Below are positions 7,303-15,369 of a DNA stretch of 43,931 bases, one piece after another. Source of the DNA: Myxococcota bacterium. Its GTDB lineage: Bacteria > Myxococcota_A > UBA9160 > UBA4427. The position numbers and the translations under genes are program-made. The stretch lies in NCBI GenBank assembly GCA_041891195.1, contig JASDVE010000013.1, positions 1 to 43,931 of the forward strand, given 5' to 3'. How positions within the stretch are numbered: the stretch's first letter is position 1; every line of letters starts with the position of its first letter. Under the pieces are notes generated by a model. That model saw only the letters and a list, made by a program, of their open reading frames with translations. It was not told where the DNA came from and made no database searches.

Positions 7303-8940
7303 TCATATTGCCGGGGTGCGTGATTCGATCCGCGTCGCCAATGCTTCTGCGATACTCGCGGGCTCAACTTTCGGCATCTGGGCGAGGTCTGCGATCGTGC
7401 GTGCCGAGCGCAGCACGTGACGGGCGGCGCGAGCCGACAACTTGAAGCGGTCTACCGCGCGGCCCAATAAGGCGTTGGCTTCGGGGGTGGCGGCGACCAG
7501 GACCTCGAGTTTCGCGTCGGGGATCTCAGCGTTGCACCGTACACCGCGGTCGTTCTGGCGTTTGCGGGCGTCGAAAACGCGCTCGCGCACTTCGGCACTC
7601 GTGGGTCCGTTCGACGGGCCTTCGAGCTGGCTCCACGGTTGTGCGGGCACAGTGACATGCAGGTCGATTCGATCGAGCAGCGGCCCCGAAACGCGTTGCT
7701 GATAGCGCGCGATGGAATTGTCATCGCAGCGACAGTCGCGAACTCCGCTCTGGTACCAGCCGCATGGACACGGATTCGCGGCGGCGATTAATTGAAAATG
7801 CGCTGGAAAAACACAAGAGAAGCCCGCACGCGCAAGCCGCACCTTGCGGTCCTCTAGAACCTCGCGCAGGGATTCCAACGTGCGGCGGTCGAACTCTGGC
7901 AACTCGTCGAGAAACAACACGCCGTGGTGCGCGAGAGTGACTTCCCCCGGCATCGCGGGTGAACCGCCCCCCAGCATGCCCGCGGAACTCGCGGTGTGGT
8001 GCGGCGAACGAAACGGTCGCGTGCGAATGAGTGGCCGTTCGGCGTTGACTTGAAGTATCGATCCGTGGATCTGCGTTACTTCGAGGGCTTCTTCTATGTA
8101 CATCGGAGGCAACAGCCCGGGCAAGCGTCGCGCGAGCATGGTCTTGCCCGAACCCGGTGGCCCACTGAGCAACAGCGCGTGCCCTCCCGCCGCGGCAACC
8201 TCGAGTGCACGCTTCGCGCCTTCTTGTCCCTTCACCTCGCTCAAGCATGGTCTGCTTTTGCCCGCGTCCATACCTGCATGGCTGTCTGCATGGCTGTCTG
8301 GATTGATGCCTGAATCGGCGAAGTCGGGTGGGACTCGGGGGGGAATCAATTCCGCGTTGCGCAGGTGGACAATCACTTGTTTGAGATCGTTTGCACCGAA
8401 GACCTCGATGCCGGGTGCGATCGCGGATTCGTTTGCGTTTTGCTCGGCAACGAATGCTGCGGTGCAGCCTTTGTCTCGCGCGGCGATCACCTGGGCGAGT
8501 GCGCCGCGCACCGGTCGCAAGCGCCCGTCGAGGGCAAGCTCGGCAATGAAGACGCGACCTTCGATCGCTTCGGCTTCGATCGCTCCCGACGCTGCGAGGA
8601 TGCCGACTGCAATCGGGAGGTCTAGACCTGCGCCGCTCTTCTTCAGGTTTGCCGGAGCGAGGTTAATCGTGACCCGACGGTCCGGAAACTTTTCGCCGAT
8701 CGAAGAAATAGCGGCGCGCACTCGGGCTGCACTTTCTCGTACCGCGGCTTCCGGCAACCCGACAATGTCGACGCGAGGCAACTGTGAACTGATGCGCACT
8801 TCGACTTCGATGCAGACGCCATCGATGCCGGTAAGCGCAGTACCGCAAACTCGTGACACGCTGAGTACTTCCCGGGACCGGGAAATGGAGTTCAGAGGTG
8901 AAGGAGGCAGGGCACACAAGGGTATAACCCCGCCTCCCAC
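7303..8940 (-). CDS. yifB: YifB/ComM-family Mg-chelatase-like AAA+ ATPase
   Basis: Lon-protease-like N-domain (GIDGVCIEVEV..., DIVGLPEAAVRESAARVRAAI, SGAGLDLPIAVGILAA). Walker A GPPGSGKT, Walker B VLFLDELPEF, and a C-terminal ChlI-like region are present. The likelier start is GTG at 8859 (MSRVCGTALTGIDG...), preceded by GGGAAG. Confidence 0.9.
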   Translation of the reverse strand: MGGGVIPLCALPPSPLNSISRSREVLSVSRVCGTALTGIDGVCIEVEVRISSQLPRVDIVGLPEAAVRESAARVRAAISSIGEKFPDRRVTINLAPANLKKSGAGLDLPIAVGILAASGAIEAEAIEGRVFIAELALDGRLRPVRGALAQVIAARDKGCTAAFVAEQNANESAIAPGIEVFGANDLKQVIVHLRNAELIPPRVPPDFADSGINPDSHADSHAGMDAGKSRPCLSEVKGQEGAKRALEVAAAGGHALLLSGPPGSGKTMLARRLPGLLPPMYIEEALEVTQIHGSILQVNAERPLIRTRPFRSPHHTASSAGMLGGGSPAMPGEVTLAHHGVLFLDELPEFDRRTLESLREVLEDRKVRLARAGFSCVFPAHFQLIAAANPCPCGWYQSGVRDCRCDDNSIARYQQRVSGPLLDRIDLHVTVPAQPWSQLEGPSNGPTSAEVRERVFDARKRQNDRGVRCNAEIPDAKLEVLVAATPEANALLGRAVDRFKLSARAARHVLRSARTIADLAQMPKVEPASIAEALATRIESRTPAI

Positions 8941-9028
8941 TTCTGAAGAGTCCCGCGAGGACGGGACGCCTATTAATGATGTGGTCGAAAAATGCCGAAA
9001 GTGTCAGATATGAGTATCGAGAAGTTAG

Positions 9029-9045
9029 GAAAATTATAAATTTTC
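9029..9045. promoter_or_regulatory. Perfect 7-3-7 AT-rich palindrome GAAAATT-ATA-AATTTTC (candidate operator)
   Basis: Read directly. It lies in the AT-rich divergent region between yifB and the M28 peptidase gene. The binding factor is unknown. Confidence 0.3.
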
Positions 9046-9236
9046 ATAAATGGCACAAGAAGCCGATCTTCTTGGCTGGTTCAAGCCCGCGGCCTTTTAC
9101 AAAATGGATTCGTTCGGGCGACGGCATCGACCGTTCGCGATCATGTGTGCTGAATGCGGCGCAGTGACCCTCGACTCGAGTCCCCGATGACCGGCAGGAT
9201 GTGTGCATCATGACCGATGGCGTGAAAAAATAATTC

Positions 9237-10349
9237 ATGGCGAGTCTCGAAAAGTTAAAGACGAAGCTCCATTCGGTACGTCGCTGCCAGGTTGGGCTGT
9301 TTTTTATGCTCGTGAGTGCGGGCCCGCTTGCGTGTCAGACCAGCAGCCCAGCGCCTTCGACCGACTTTGAGGCTGCGCTGACGACTGTGGATGCCTCTTC
9401 TTCCTCAACTTCCCCTGCGGCTAGGTCATTGCCGTTGGACTTTTCTGGCCAGAAGGCCTGGAAGCACATGCGCGCACTCAATCGACTCGGTCCGCGAAAC
9501 GCTGGTAGCGAGGGTTCGCAGCGTAGCCGGGACTACCTCGCAGCCTCCCTTGAGACCCTAGGTGTCGCATCTCGTGAGCTCGTGATTCAAGCCACGGGCG
9601 CCGGCGGCGAAGCGTTCGATCTCACTCATTTGATCGCGGAGATCCCCGGCCGGTCTCGCGATGTGCTGCTGCTTGCAGCGCACTACGACACCTCTCCGGC
9701 CTCAACCGAAACATCGGGCCGAATGGACCAAAACGCGTCGGGCCCCGCGCTGCTGCTCGAACTCGCCCACGCACTGCACAAGCGGCCTGTTCCCGAGTAC
9801 ACAATTTGGCTCGCGTGGATAGACGGGGACGCGCTCGACCGGGTGACATCCTCATCATTCGCTTCAGCCGTGCATCCCGGTACTCAAAGCCTCGTCGACG
9901 AATGGACCCGGAGCAACGAACTTGCGCGAATTCGCGCAGCCATCGTATTCGGGAACGTGGGGCATCGCGACCAGCCGATTGTTCGAGATATCAATTCGCC
10001 CCGGATCTACAGGGAGATCTTTTGGGAAGTTGCGCATGAGCAAGGTTTCGATGACGTTTTTCCCCCCTCCAGTCACTACGGCTTGACTCGTACCGGGCGA
10101 GGCACCCTCGCTCAGGCGCCTCTACGTGCAACAGTCGCGTTGGAAAACTCACGCGAATCTATGAAATCTCGAAAATTCGCTCCCGCCGCCAAGCCGCGGC
10201 GAGCGACCGCGGGGTTTGATGCGGTCGGCAACGTGACTCTCGAAGTTCTTGTTCGAACTGCGTCAAAGTTGGGGAAGATCGATCGGTTTGTGGAGGCGCC
10301 CTTGAAGGCGGGCCGCGACGAACCTGTTCCCGCGATCCCCGCAGAATAA
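9237..10349 (+). CDS. M28-family metallopeptidase-like lipoprotein
   Basis: Lipobox LVSAGPLAC. M28-type motifs are RNAGSEGSQRSRDYL, VLLLAAHYDT and DQNASGPALLLELAHAL. Completeness of the catalytic residues was not verified. Confidence 0.7.
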   Translation: MASLEKLKTKLHSVRRCQVGLFFMLVSAGPLACQTSSPAPSTDFEAALTTVDASSSSTSPAARSLPLDFSGQKAWKHMRALNRLGPRNAGSEGSQRSRDYLAASLETLGVASRELVIQATGAGGEAFDLTHLIAEIPGRSRDVLLLAAHYDTSPASTETSGRMDQNASGPALLLELAHALHKRPVPEYTIWLAWIDGDALDRVTSSSFASAVHPGTQSLVDEWTRSNELARIRAAIVFGNVGHRDQPIVRDINSPRIYREIFWEVAHEQGFDDVFPPSSHYGLTRTGRGTLAQAPLRATVALENSRESMKSRKFAPAAKPRRATAGFDAVGNVTLEVLVRTASKLGKIDRFVEAPLKAGRDEPVPAIPAE

Positions 10350-10565
10350 GTTGAAAACCCGGGTCCACCCTCGGGCGGGGTTTATGAGATCGTCCCGATC
10401 GTCCTTCTGATACACTTTGGGCGTAAAGTTTGGACCCAGTACAAGTGTGTGGGCGAGGTGCGGGTCCATTCCGCACTGCTACCAAATGCAGTCTCGAATG
10501 ATATTTTCGCCGATGTTGTTCGTCTACACCTCAGCCCCCCAACTTCGCTTCAGGAGTCGTGCACG

Positions 10566-11882
10566 GTGCCGCTTACCTTCCATCGTAATTTCGCGCAGCG
10601 CGCGGCGATCACCGCTGCGGCATTGCTGTGGGTCGCTTCGTTTGCGCCAAACGCTTCGGCGGTGACGGGTGAAGCTGAGAGCGAGGTCGCCGCGGTCGCG
10701 ATCGACATCTTGTCGCCTATGGCCGGTGAGATCGTGCGCAACCGAGTGCACGTTGCGGCCATCCGCGGCACGGCGCGATCGGGCGTCAAAGACGCCCTCG
10801 ACTTTGATGTGATGATTGCAATCGACGTCTCCAAGTCGACACGCTATCCCAGTGGCATCGACGTCGACGGAGACGGTGACGTTGGTTTCAACCCTCACGA
10901 AGAATTGATCGCGCCGGGCACGTACCACGAAGACGTCGTCTGCAGTGACCCGGACGACAGCATCTTGAGTGCCGAGATTCAGGCCGCTCGTATGCTGATT
11001 GATTCACTTACGGCCGGCCGCAGCCGCGTCGGCGTCCTGACGTTTTCGGGTGAAGTCAATTTGGAGACCGGGGAACGCGTGTCCCCGAACCAGAAAGACG
11101 CCCAACTTCGCGTCGCGATGACGGACGACTTTAATACTGCCAAAGAAGAGCTCGACGAGATTCACCGCGAAGGTTCACACGGCGCAACCAACTTTTCGGC
11201 GGCGATTCGCCTCGCGGTGGTTGAGTTGGTTGGGCTCACCGGAAGCAAGAGTGAGGCTCGGCCGCAGGCGCGACGCATGCTGCAATTTTTGACCGATGGC
11301 GTTCCGACGTTTCCCTACGGACGCGGCGACACCCCGGACGCCGAAGACACTGAAGAAGCCATCAACGCGGCACGGCTAGCTCGCAAGGCGGGTCTCACGA
11401 TCAACAGCTTCGCGCTCGGCCGCTATGCCCTCGAATCTCCCGTGGCGACGACCGAAATGGCACGCCTTACCGGCGGCGTCTACACGCCCGTTCGCAACCC
11501 CGGCGAAATTCTCGCTTTCTTGCGCAGCGTGTCTTTCGCCAACATCGAAGACGTGGTGATCACGAACCTCACCACCAATGACATTTCCTACGATGTCCAC
11601 CTGTCGCCCGACGGCTCGTTTTCGGGTTTCGTTCCTGTCGGCACTGGGAGCAACACTTTGCAGGTCACTGTGTTGGCATCGGATGGCGGTGAGAACAGCG
11701 TGTCGCTCAATGTCGACTTCGAGCAGTCGGGTCTCACAGAAAACGAACTCGTCGTTGAGCTTGAGCGCGTACGCGAGCGCAACAAGAAAATGATGTTGAT
11801 GCTTGAACGCAAGCGCATCGAAGCCTTTCGCGAACGCCAGAAGGGCGTGATTACGATTGAGGCGGAAAAGGACGACGAGTAG
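10566..11882 (+). CDS. Secreted von Willebrand factor A (VWA) domain protein with a C-terminal coiled coil
   Basis: The track ORF starts at 10449. GTG 10566 has AGGAG 9 nt upstream and yields a signal peptide (AAITAAALLWVASFAPNASA). MIDAS motif DVSKST. A DVDGDGDVG acidic loop sits inside the VWA fold. There is an Ig-like segment and then ELERVRERNKKMMLMLERKRIEAFRERQ. Confidence 0.75.
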   Translation: MPLTFHRNFAQRAAITAAALLWVASFAPNASAVTGEAESEVAAVAIDILSPMAGEIVRNRVHVAAIRGTARSGVKDALDFDVMIAIDVSKSTRYPSGIDVDGDGDVGFNPHEELIAPGTYHEDVVCSDPDDSILSAEIQAARMLIDSLTAGRSRVGVLTFSGEVNLETGERVSPNQKDAQLRVAMTDDFNTAKEELDEIHREGSHGATNFSAAIRLAVVELVGLTGSKSEARPQARRMLQFLTDGVPTFPYGRGDTPDAEDTEEAINAARLARKAGLTINSFALGRYALESPVATTEMARLTGGVYTPVRNPGEILAFLRSVSFANIEDVVITNLTTNDISYDVHLSPDGSFSGFVPVGTGSNTLQVTVLASDGGENSVSLNVDFEQSGLTENELVVELERVRERNKKMMLMLERKRIEAFRERQKGVITIEAEKDDE

Positions 11883-11919
11883 GAGGCTTCGTATGTCATC
11901 CCTGCGAGTCGTTCGGTGC

Positions 11920-12375
11920 TTACTCGATGACTTTGCCCAGACTCGCGCGATCCTCCACCGAGTAGTCTAGGCGTCGGTAGAATGCGACCACCTGCTCATT
12001 GGACGAGCGCACCTGCAGGTTGAGCTTTGGGCAGCCCATGGCTTTGAGGCTTGCTTCGGCAGCGCTCATGAGGTCGCGCCCGAATCCGTTGCGCTGCTGG
12101 TCAGGGTGAACGGCTAAGTGGTAGACCCATCCGCGGTAGCCGTCATAGCCGGCGATCACGGTACCCACGACGCGGTCGTGTAATTCGCCAACTAGGAACA
12201 GTTCGCGTTGAACGGCCAGCTTGCGGCGGATCACGGCGCGCGGTTCGTTCCGACCCGGGTCTTCAGAGAAGACCTCGTTCCAAAGGGCGACGACGGTTTC
12301 TTCGTCTGCTTCGAGATAGGGGCGAATGAGGAGTGAGTCTGGCGAGACAGTACGTGGCCCCGTCAGCGCTTGCAT
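11920..12375 (-). CDS. GNAT-family N-acetyltransferase
   Basis: 151 aa. Motif A is HLAVHPDQQRNGFGRDLM, and FYRRLDY is also present. Its ATG immediately follows the TAG of the upstream gene (TAGATG). Confidence 0.85.
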   Translation of the reverse strand: MQALTGPRTVSPDSLLIRPYLEADEETVVALWNEVFSEDPGRNEPRAVIRRKLAVQRELFLVGELHDRVVGTVIAGYDGYRGWVYHLAVHPDQQRNGFGRDLMSAAEASLKAMGCPKLNLQVRSSNEQVVAFYRRLDYSVEDRASLGKVIE

Positions 12376-13614
12376 CTAAAGGTTGACGACTTCGGGCTTG
12401 AGGATTTCGCGCCGTACGAGTTTGCCAAGTCGGTAGATCGAAACGATGTCGATCTCGCCGTCGCCGTCTAAATCTTCTTCGCGCCGCACGATCGTGTTCT
12501 TGCCGTTGTTTGCTTCAAATGATTCGAAGGTGTCCGCAAAGCCGCGTCCCGACTTGTCGAGTTCGATCCGGGTGACGGTTTCACGCCCGTCAACGAGGCC
12601 GTAGCGAGTCCAGCTGTCCACGCGGCCATCGCGATCTCGGTCTTCTTCTGACAACGCGCGACGTCCGGCCTTGTACTTGATCCACAGGTCGATTTTGCCG
12701 TCGTTGTCGGCGTCGTGACGTTCGCGCGCGAGGTACTTGCCTTCGAACTCGTAGAAGGCATCGGGAGTCCCGGTGTAGTCGCGGTCCAAGTTGCGTTCCA
12801 CCTGGCGCCCGTTCTTGTATTGCTCCCAGATGTCGGGGCGCCCGTCGTTGTTGGTGTCAATTTCCCGGGCCGCGAGCTCCCCGCGAGCAAACCGCAGAAC
12901 GGAATCGGTCCTGCCGTCGTAGTCGCGGTCTTCTTCTTGCCGCACCAACACGTCAGTCTTGCGATCGACGAACCGAACCACTTCGGGTTTTCCGTCACCA
13001 TCGGCATCGAGGGTGAGTTTAATCAGCTTGCGCTTTTTCTTGTTGTCGAAGCCAGGGGTGTTGGCCCCGATGGTGATCGACTTTTCACTGAAGATGGCGC
13101 GCGGCAAGTCACGCAGCTCGGGCTCTTCGGGTGCGAGCGCAGCCTGAGTGTCGCCAATGAAATCACCACCGATCGAATCCGCGTGGGCACCCAACACGTC
13201 TCGCGTCTGCGCAGTCTCGTTGCGATCACGCCGCCTCAGCATCTCGTCCTGAAGTTCGATTTCGCGCGCAATCTGGGTTTGAATTGTTTCTTCTTTTGCC
13301 CGTTTTCGCGCTTGGTTCTCTTCGGCGATGCGGCGCTGCTTTTCGGCAATCCGTTGCGCGCGCATGGCGTCTCTCGCTGCCTCGCGACGAGCGGTTTCGG
13401 CCTCGCGCTGCTGCGCTGCGTCGATTTCGCGAAGCAGGTCGGCTTCGGCTCGCTCGAGATCGCTCAGCGAACTCTCGGCAGAGGCCGCAAATGGGACAAC
13501 TGCGTAGCTTGAGATCACGACCGCAGCTAATGCGAACGCGGCCGCATATACGCGGAACTCGATAAGGCTCCGACTTCGAAGCCGTGAAATGTGTGAGGTG
13601 GAGTTTCGCTGCAT
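12376..13614 (-). CDS. Exported coiled-coil protein with eight ~24-residue DxDxDG (Ca2+-binding-like) repeats
   Basis: The track ORF extends to 13755. ATG 13614 has AAGGTG 9 nt upstream and gives a signal/anchor (FRVYAAAFALAAVVISSYAVVPFAASA). A charged heptad region is present (EADLLREIDAAQQREAETARREAARDAMRAQRIAEKQRRIAEEN...). This is followed by 8 repeats of the form xDxDxDGxxDxxxxYxxGxxxxxE. Confidence 0.75.
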   Translation of the reverse strand: MQRNSTSHISRLRSRSLIEFRVYAAAFALAAVVISSYAVVPFAASAESSLSDLERAEADLLREIDAAQQREAETARREAARDAMRAQRIAEKQRRIAEENQARKRAKEETIQTQIAREIELQDEMLRRRDRNETAQTRDVLGAHADSIGGDFIGDTQAALAPEEPELRDLPRAIFSEKSITIGANTPGFDNKKKRKLIKLTLDADGDGKPEVVRFVDRKTDVLVRQEEDRDYDGRTDSVLRFARGELAAREIDTNNDGRPDIWEQYKNGRQVERNLDRDYTGTPDAFYEFEGKYLARERHDADNDGKIDLWIKYKAGRRALSEEDRDRDGRVDSWTRYGLVDGRETVTRIELDKSGRGFADTFESFEANNGKNTIVRREEDLDGDGEIDIVSIYRLGKLVRREILKPEVVNL

Positions 13615-13920
13615 GACGGCCGGCACCTTGCCACAGATTCCGTGCCCCATCCAAGAAATGCGCTTTGTGATCGACAACATGGAAACTCTGACGACGAAAC
13701 TCGGTTGGAAGTTCACCTGTCGGTAGTTACAAAGCGCAGTTACAAATGCGGTCATGATCGCATTGTAAAGAACCCCCGAAGGGAAAGTGAAATGACCTAT
13801 GTTGGATTCGTGCCGATTCTAGGTTACCTCTAGAATTCTGAATGACACATATATATGTCTAATGATCCAGAAGTAGTTGAAGTTGCGAAGGATTTGTCGA
13901 TTTTGTGAATGAATATTTAG

Positions 13921-13949
13921 TTGCAAAATACGCTAACTTACGTTATGAT
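13921..13949 (+). promoter_or_regulatory. Candidate sigma-70 promoter (TTGCAA-N17-TATGAT) for the NRDE gene
   Basis: -35 TTGCAA at 13921-13926, a 17-nt spacer, and -10 TATGAT at 13944-13949. It sits in a markedly AT-rich region about 65 nt upstream of ATG 14014. Confidence 0.45.
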
Positions 13950-14013
13950 GAGTATCTTTTGGCCCACATGCCCTAGACGGATGGCAACATTTTCTCCCGC
14001 GGACCCAAGCCTT

Positions 14014-14826
14014 ATGTGCACCCTAATCGTTATGCATCATCAAGTTCCTGGGGTGCCGCTTGTGGTTGCTGCGAATCGAGACGAATACCTCGACCGCCTT
14101 GCAGCGCCCCCCGCGATTTGGGATCTTTCAACGGACAAATGTAATCAGAACACGATTCTCGCACCGCGCGATCTACGCGCAGGTGGCACATGGTTGGGCC
14201 TGAATTCAAGCAATGTTTTTGCTGCGCTGACGAATCGCCCAGTTCCCACACCGGACACGACTCGGCGTTCTCGCGGTCACCTTGTGCTCGACGCACTCGG
14301 CTATGAGAGCGCGGGCAAAGCAGCTGCCGCTTTCGAATCCCTTCGCTCAGACCAGTACAACCCATTCAATCTTTTGGTTGCGGATCTCAACGAAGCATTT
14401 ACGGTCGTGTGCAATAACGGTGAGGTTCGCGTCGAACGGCTCGCAGCTGGTGTCCATGTAATCGGTAACGCAGAACCAAATGACGCGGTGCATCCAAAAA
14501 CGAACCGTGTACGCGTGGCCGCCGAGGCGCTCACTTCACATTCGAGCATTCAGATACTCGACGGCCTTGCGGACCTTTGTAGAAGCCACGAAGGAACGGA
14601 ATCAAAAATTGGACCGCTAGGTGCAACTTGTGTGCACCTCGACGGTTACGGAACTCGAAGCTCGATCCTTTTGAGATTGGGCGAGGACGCAGAACAGAAC
14701 GAATTGCTCCACGCGGAGGGCGCACCGTGCGCTCATCCGTATGAAGATTCAACAGCCCTACTCCACGAGCTCAGCCAAATGGCGAGCTACACCGGCGCAG
14801 GGTCTATCGAGGGGACAGTTAATTGA
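14014..14826 (+). CDS. NRDE-family protein (TANGO2 homologue; Ntn-hydrolase-like, function unknown)
   Basis: Internal ATG at 14014 of ORF 13921-14826 gives MCTLIVMHHQVPGVPLVVAANRDEYLDR. This has the N-terminal Met-Cys and the literal NRDE motif of the family. Confidence 0.85.
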   Translation: MCTLIVMHHQVPGVPLVVAANRDEYLDRLAAPPAIWDLSTDKCNQNTILAPRDLRAGGTWLGLNSSNVFAALTNRPVPTPDTTRRSRGHLVLDALGYESAGKAAAAFESLRSDQYNPFNLLVADLNEAFTVVCNNGEVRVERLAAGVHVIGNAEPNDAVHPKTNRVRVAAEALTSHSSIQILDGLADLCRSHEGTESKIGPLGATCVHLDGYGTRSSILLRLGEDAEQNELLHAEGAPCAHPYEDSTALLHELSQMASYTGAGSIEGTVN

Positions 14827-15149
14827 GGCGAATCGGCAGTAACATCCGCAAGAAGAATTCAGAAGAACGTTCGCATCGTCTGACTAAAAACATCATTGCG
14901 TACACGGCAGACGAAGCGCCGAGCAACGATTACCCGCGAAGGATCGTATCGCCACCGACCCCGTCCGCGTGCTGCACCGACGGGAACCGATTGACGGTCG
15001 GCAGCATGCGCGAAGTCGACGGCTTCAAGTTCTGTTACAAGATTTGCGAAGACTGTGGTCACGCTGTGAAGTACTTCTTCCCTGCCACTGAGACCACCAG
15101 CGCGGCGGTCAAGGAATACCGCTCTTGGAAGAGGTATATGGTTCAATAG
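14823..15149 (+). CDS. Hypothetical Cys-rich (zinc-ribbon-like) protein
   Basis: TTG start overlaps the NRDE stop codon by 4 nt. The Cys pattern is ACCTDG...FCYKICEDCGH. I recognise no family, and the N-terminal half has lower third-position GC, so the true start may be internal. Confidence 0.35.
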   Translation: MRRIGSNIRKKNSEERSHRLTKNIIAYTADEAPSNDYPRRIVSPPTPSACCTDGNRLTVGSMREVDGFKFCYKICEDCGHAVKYFFPATETTSAAVKEYRSWKRYMVQ

Positions 15150-15293
15150 GGCCACTCGCAGGGTTACTCGCAGGGTCCACCTGGAGCGCGACTTTCAAGG
15201 GCTATATACAGAGTCGCATGCGGCTTTTGATGACGCGGCTTCTGTCCTTAGAGCCAAGATCGAATAACGTGCAAAATCTGATAGCCAAAACAG

Positions 15294-15326
15294 GGGCGGT
15301 CGCTGGTGCGACCGCCCTTCTTTTTT
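15294..15326 (+). terminator. Rho-independent terminator
   Basis: GGGCGGTCGC tggt GCGACCGCCC forms a perfect 10-bp GC-rich stem with a 4-nt loop, followed by TTCTTTTTT. Confidence 0.75.
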
Positions 15327-15369
15327 CGACGCCGCAGCCTAGAAGGCTCCCCTTCGACAGTGGCCTGAG

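Noticed and set aside
8096-9013. A 305-aa plus-strand ORF overlapping yifB.
   Set aside because: It is antisense to a well-supported AAA+ gene and has low-complexity Ser/Ala/Pro/Arg content.
13829-13838. Overlapping XbaI/EcoRI sites (TCTAGAATTC) that might hint at a cloning-vector junction.
   Set aside because: This is an isolated 10-mer in an AT-rich intergenic region with no other vector-like sequence, so it is most likely chance.
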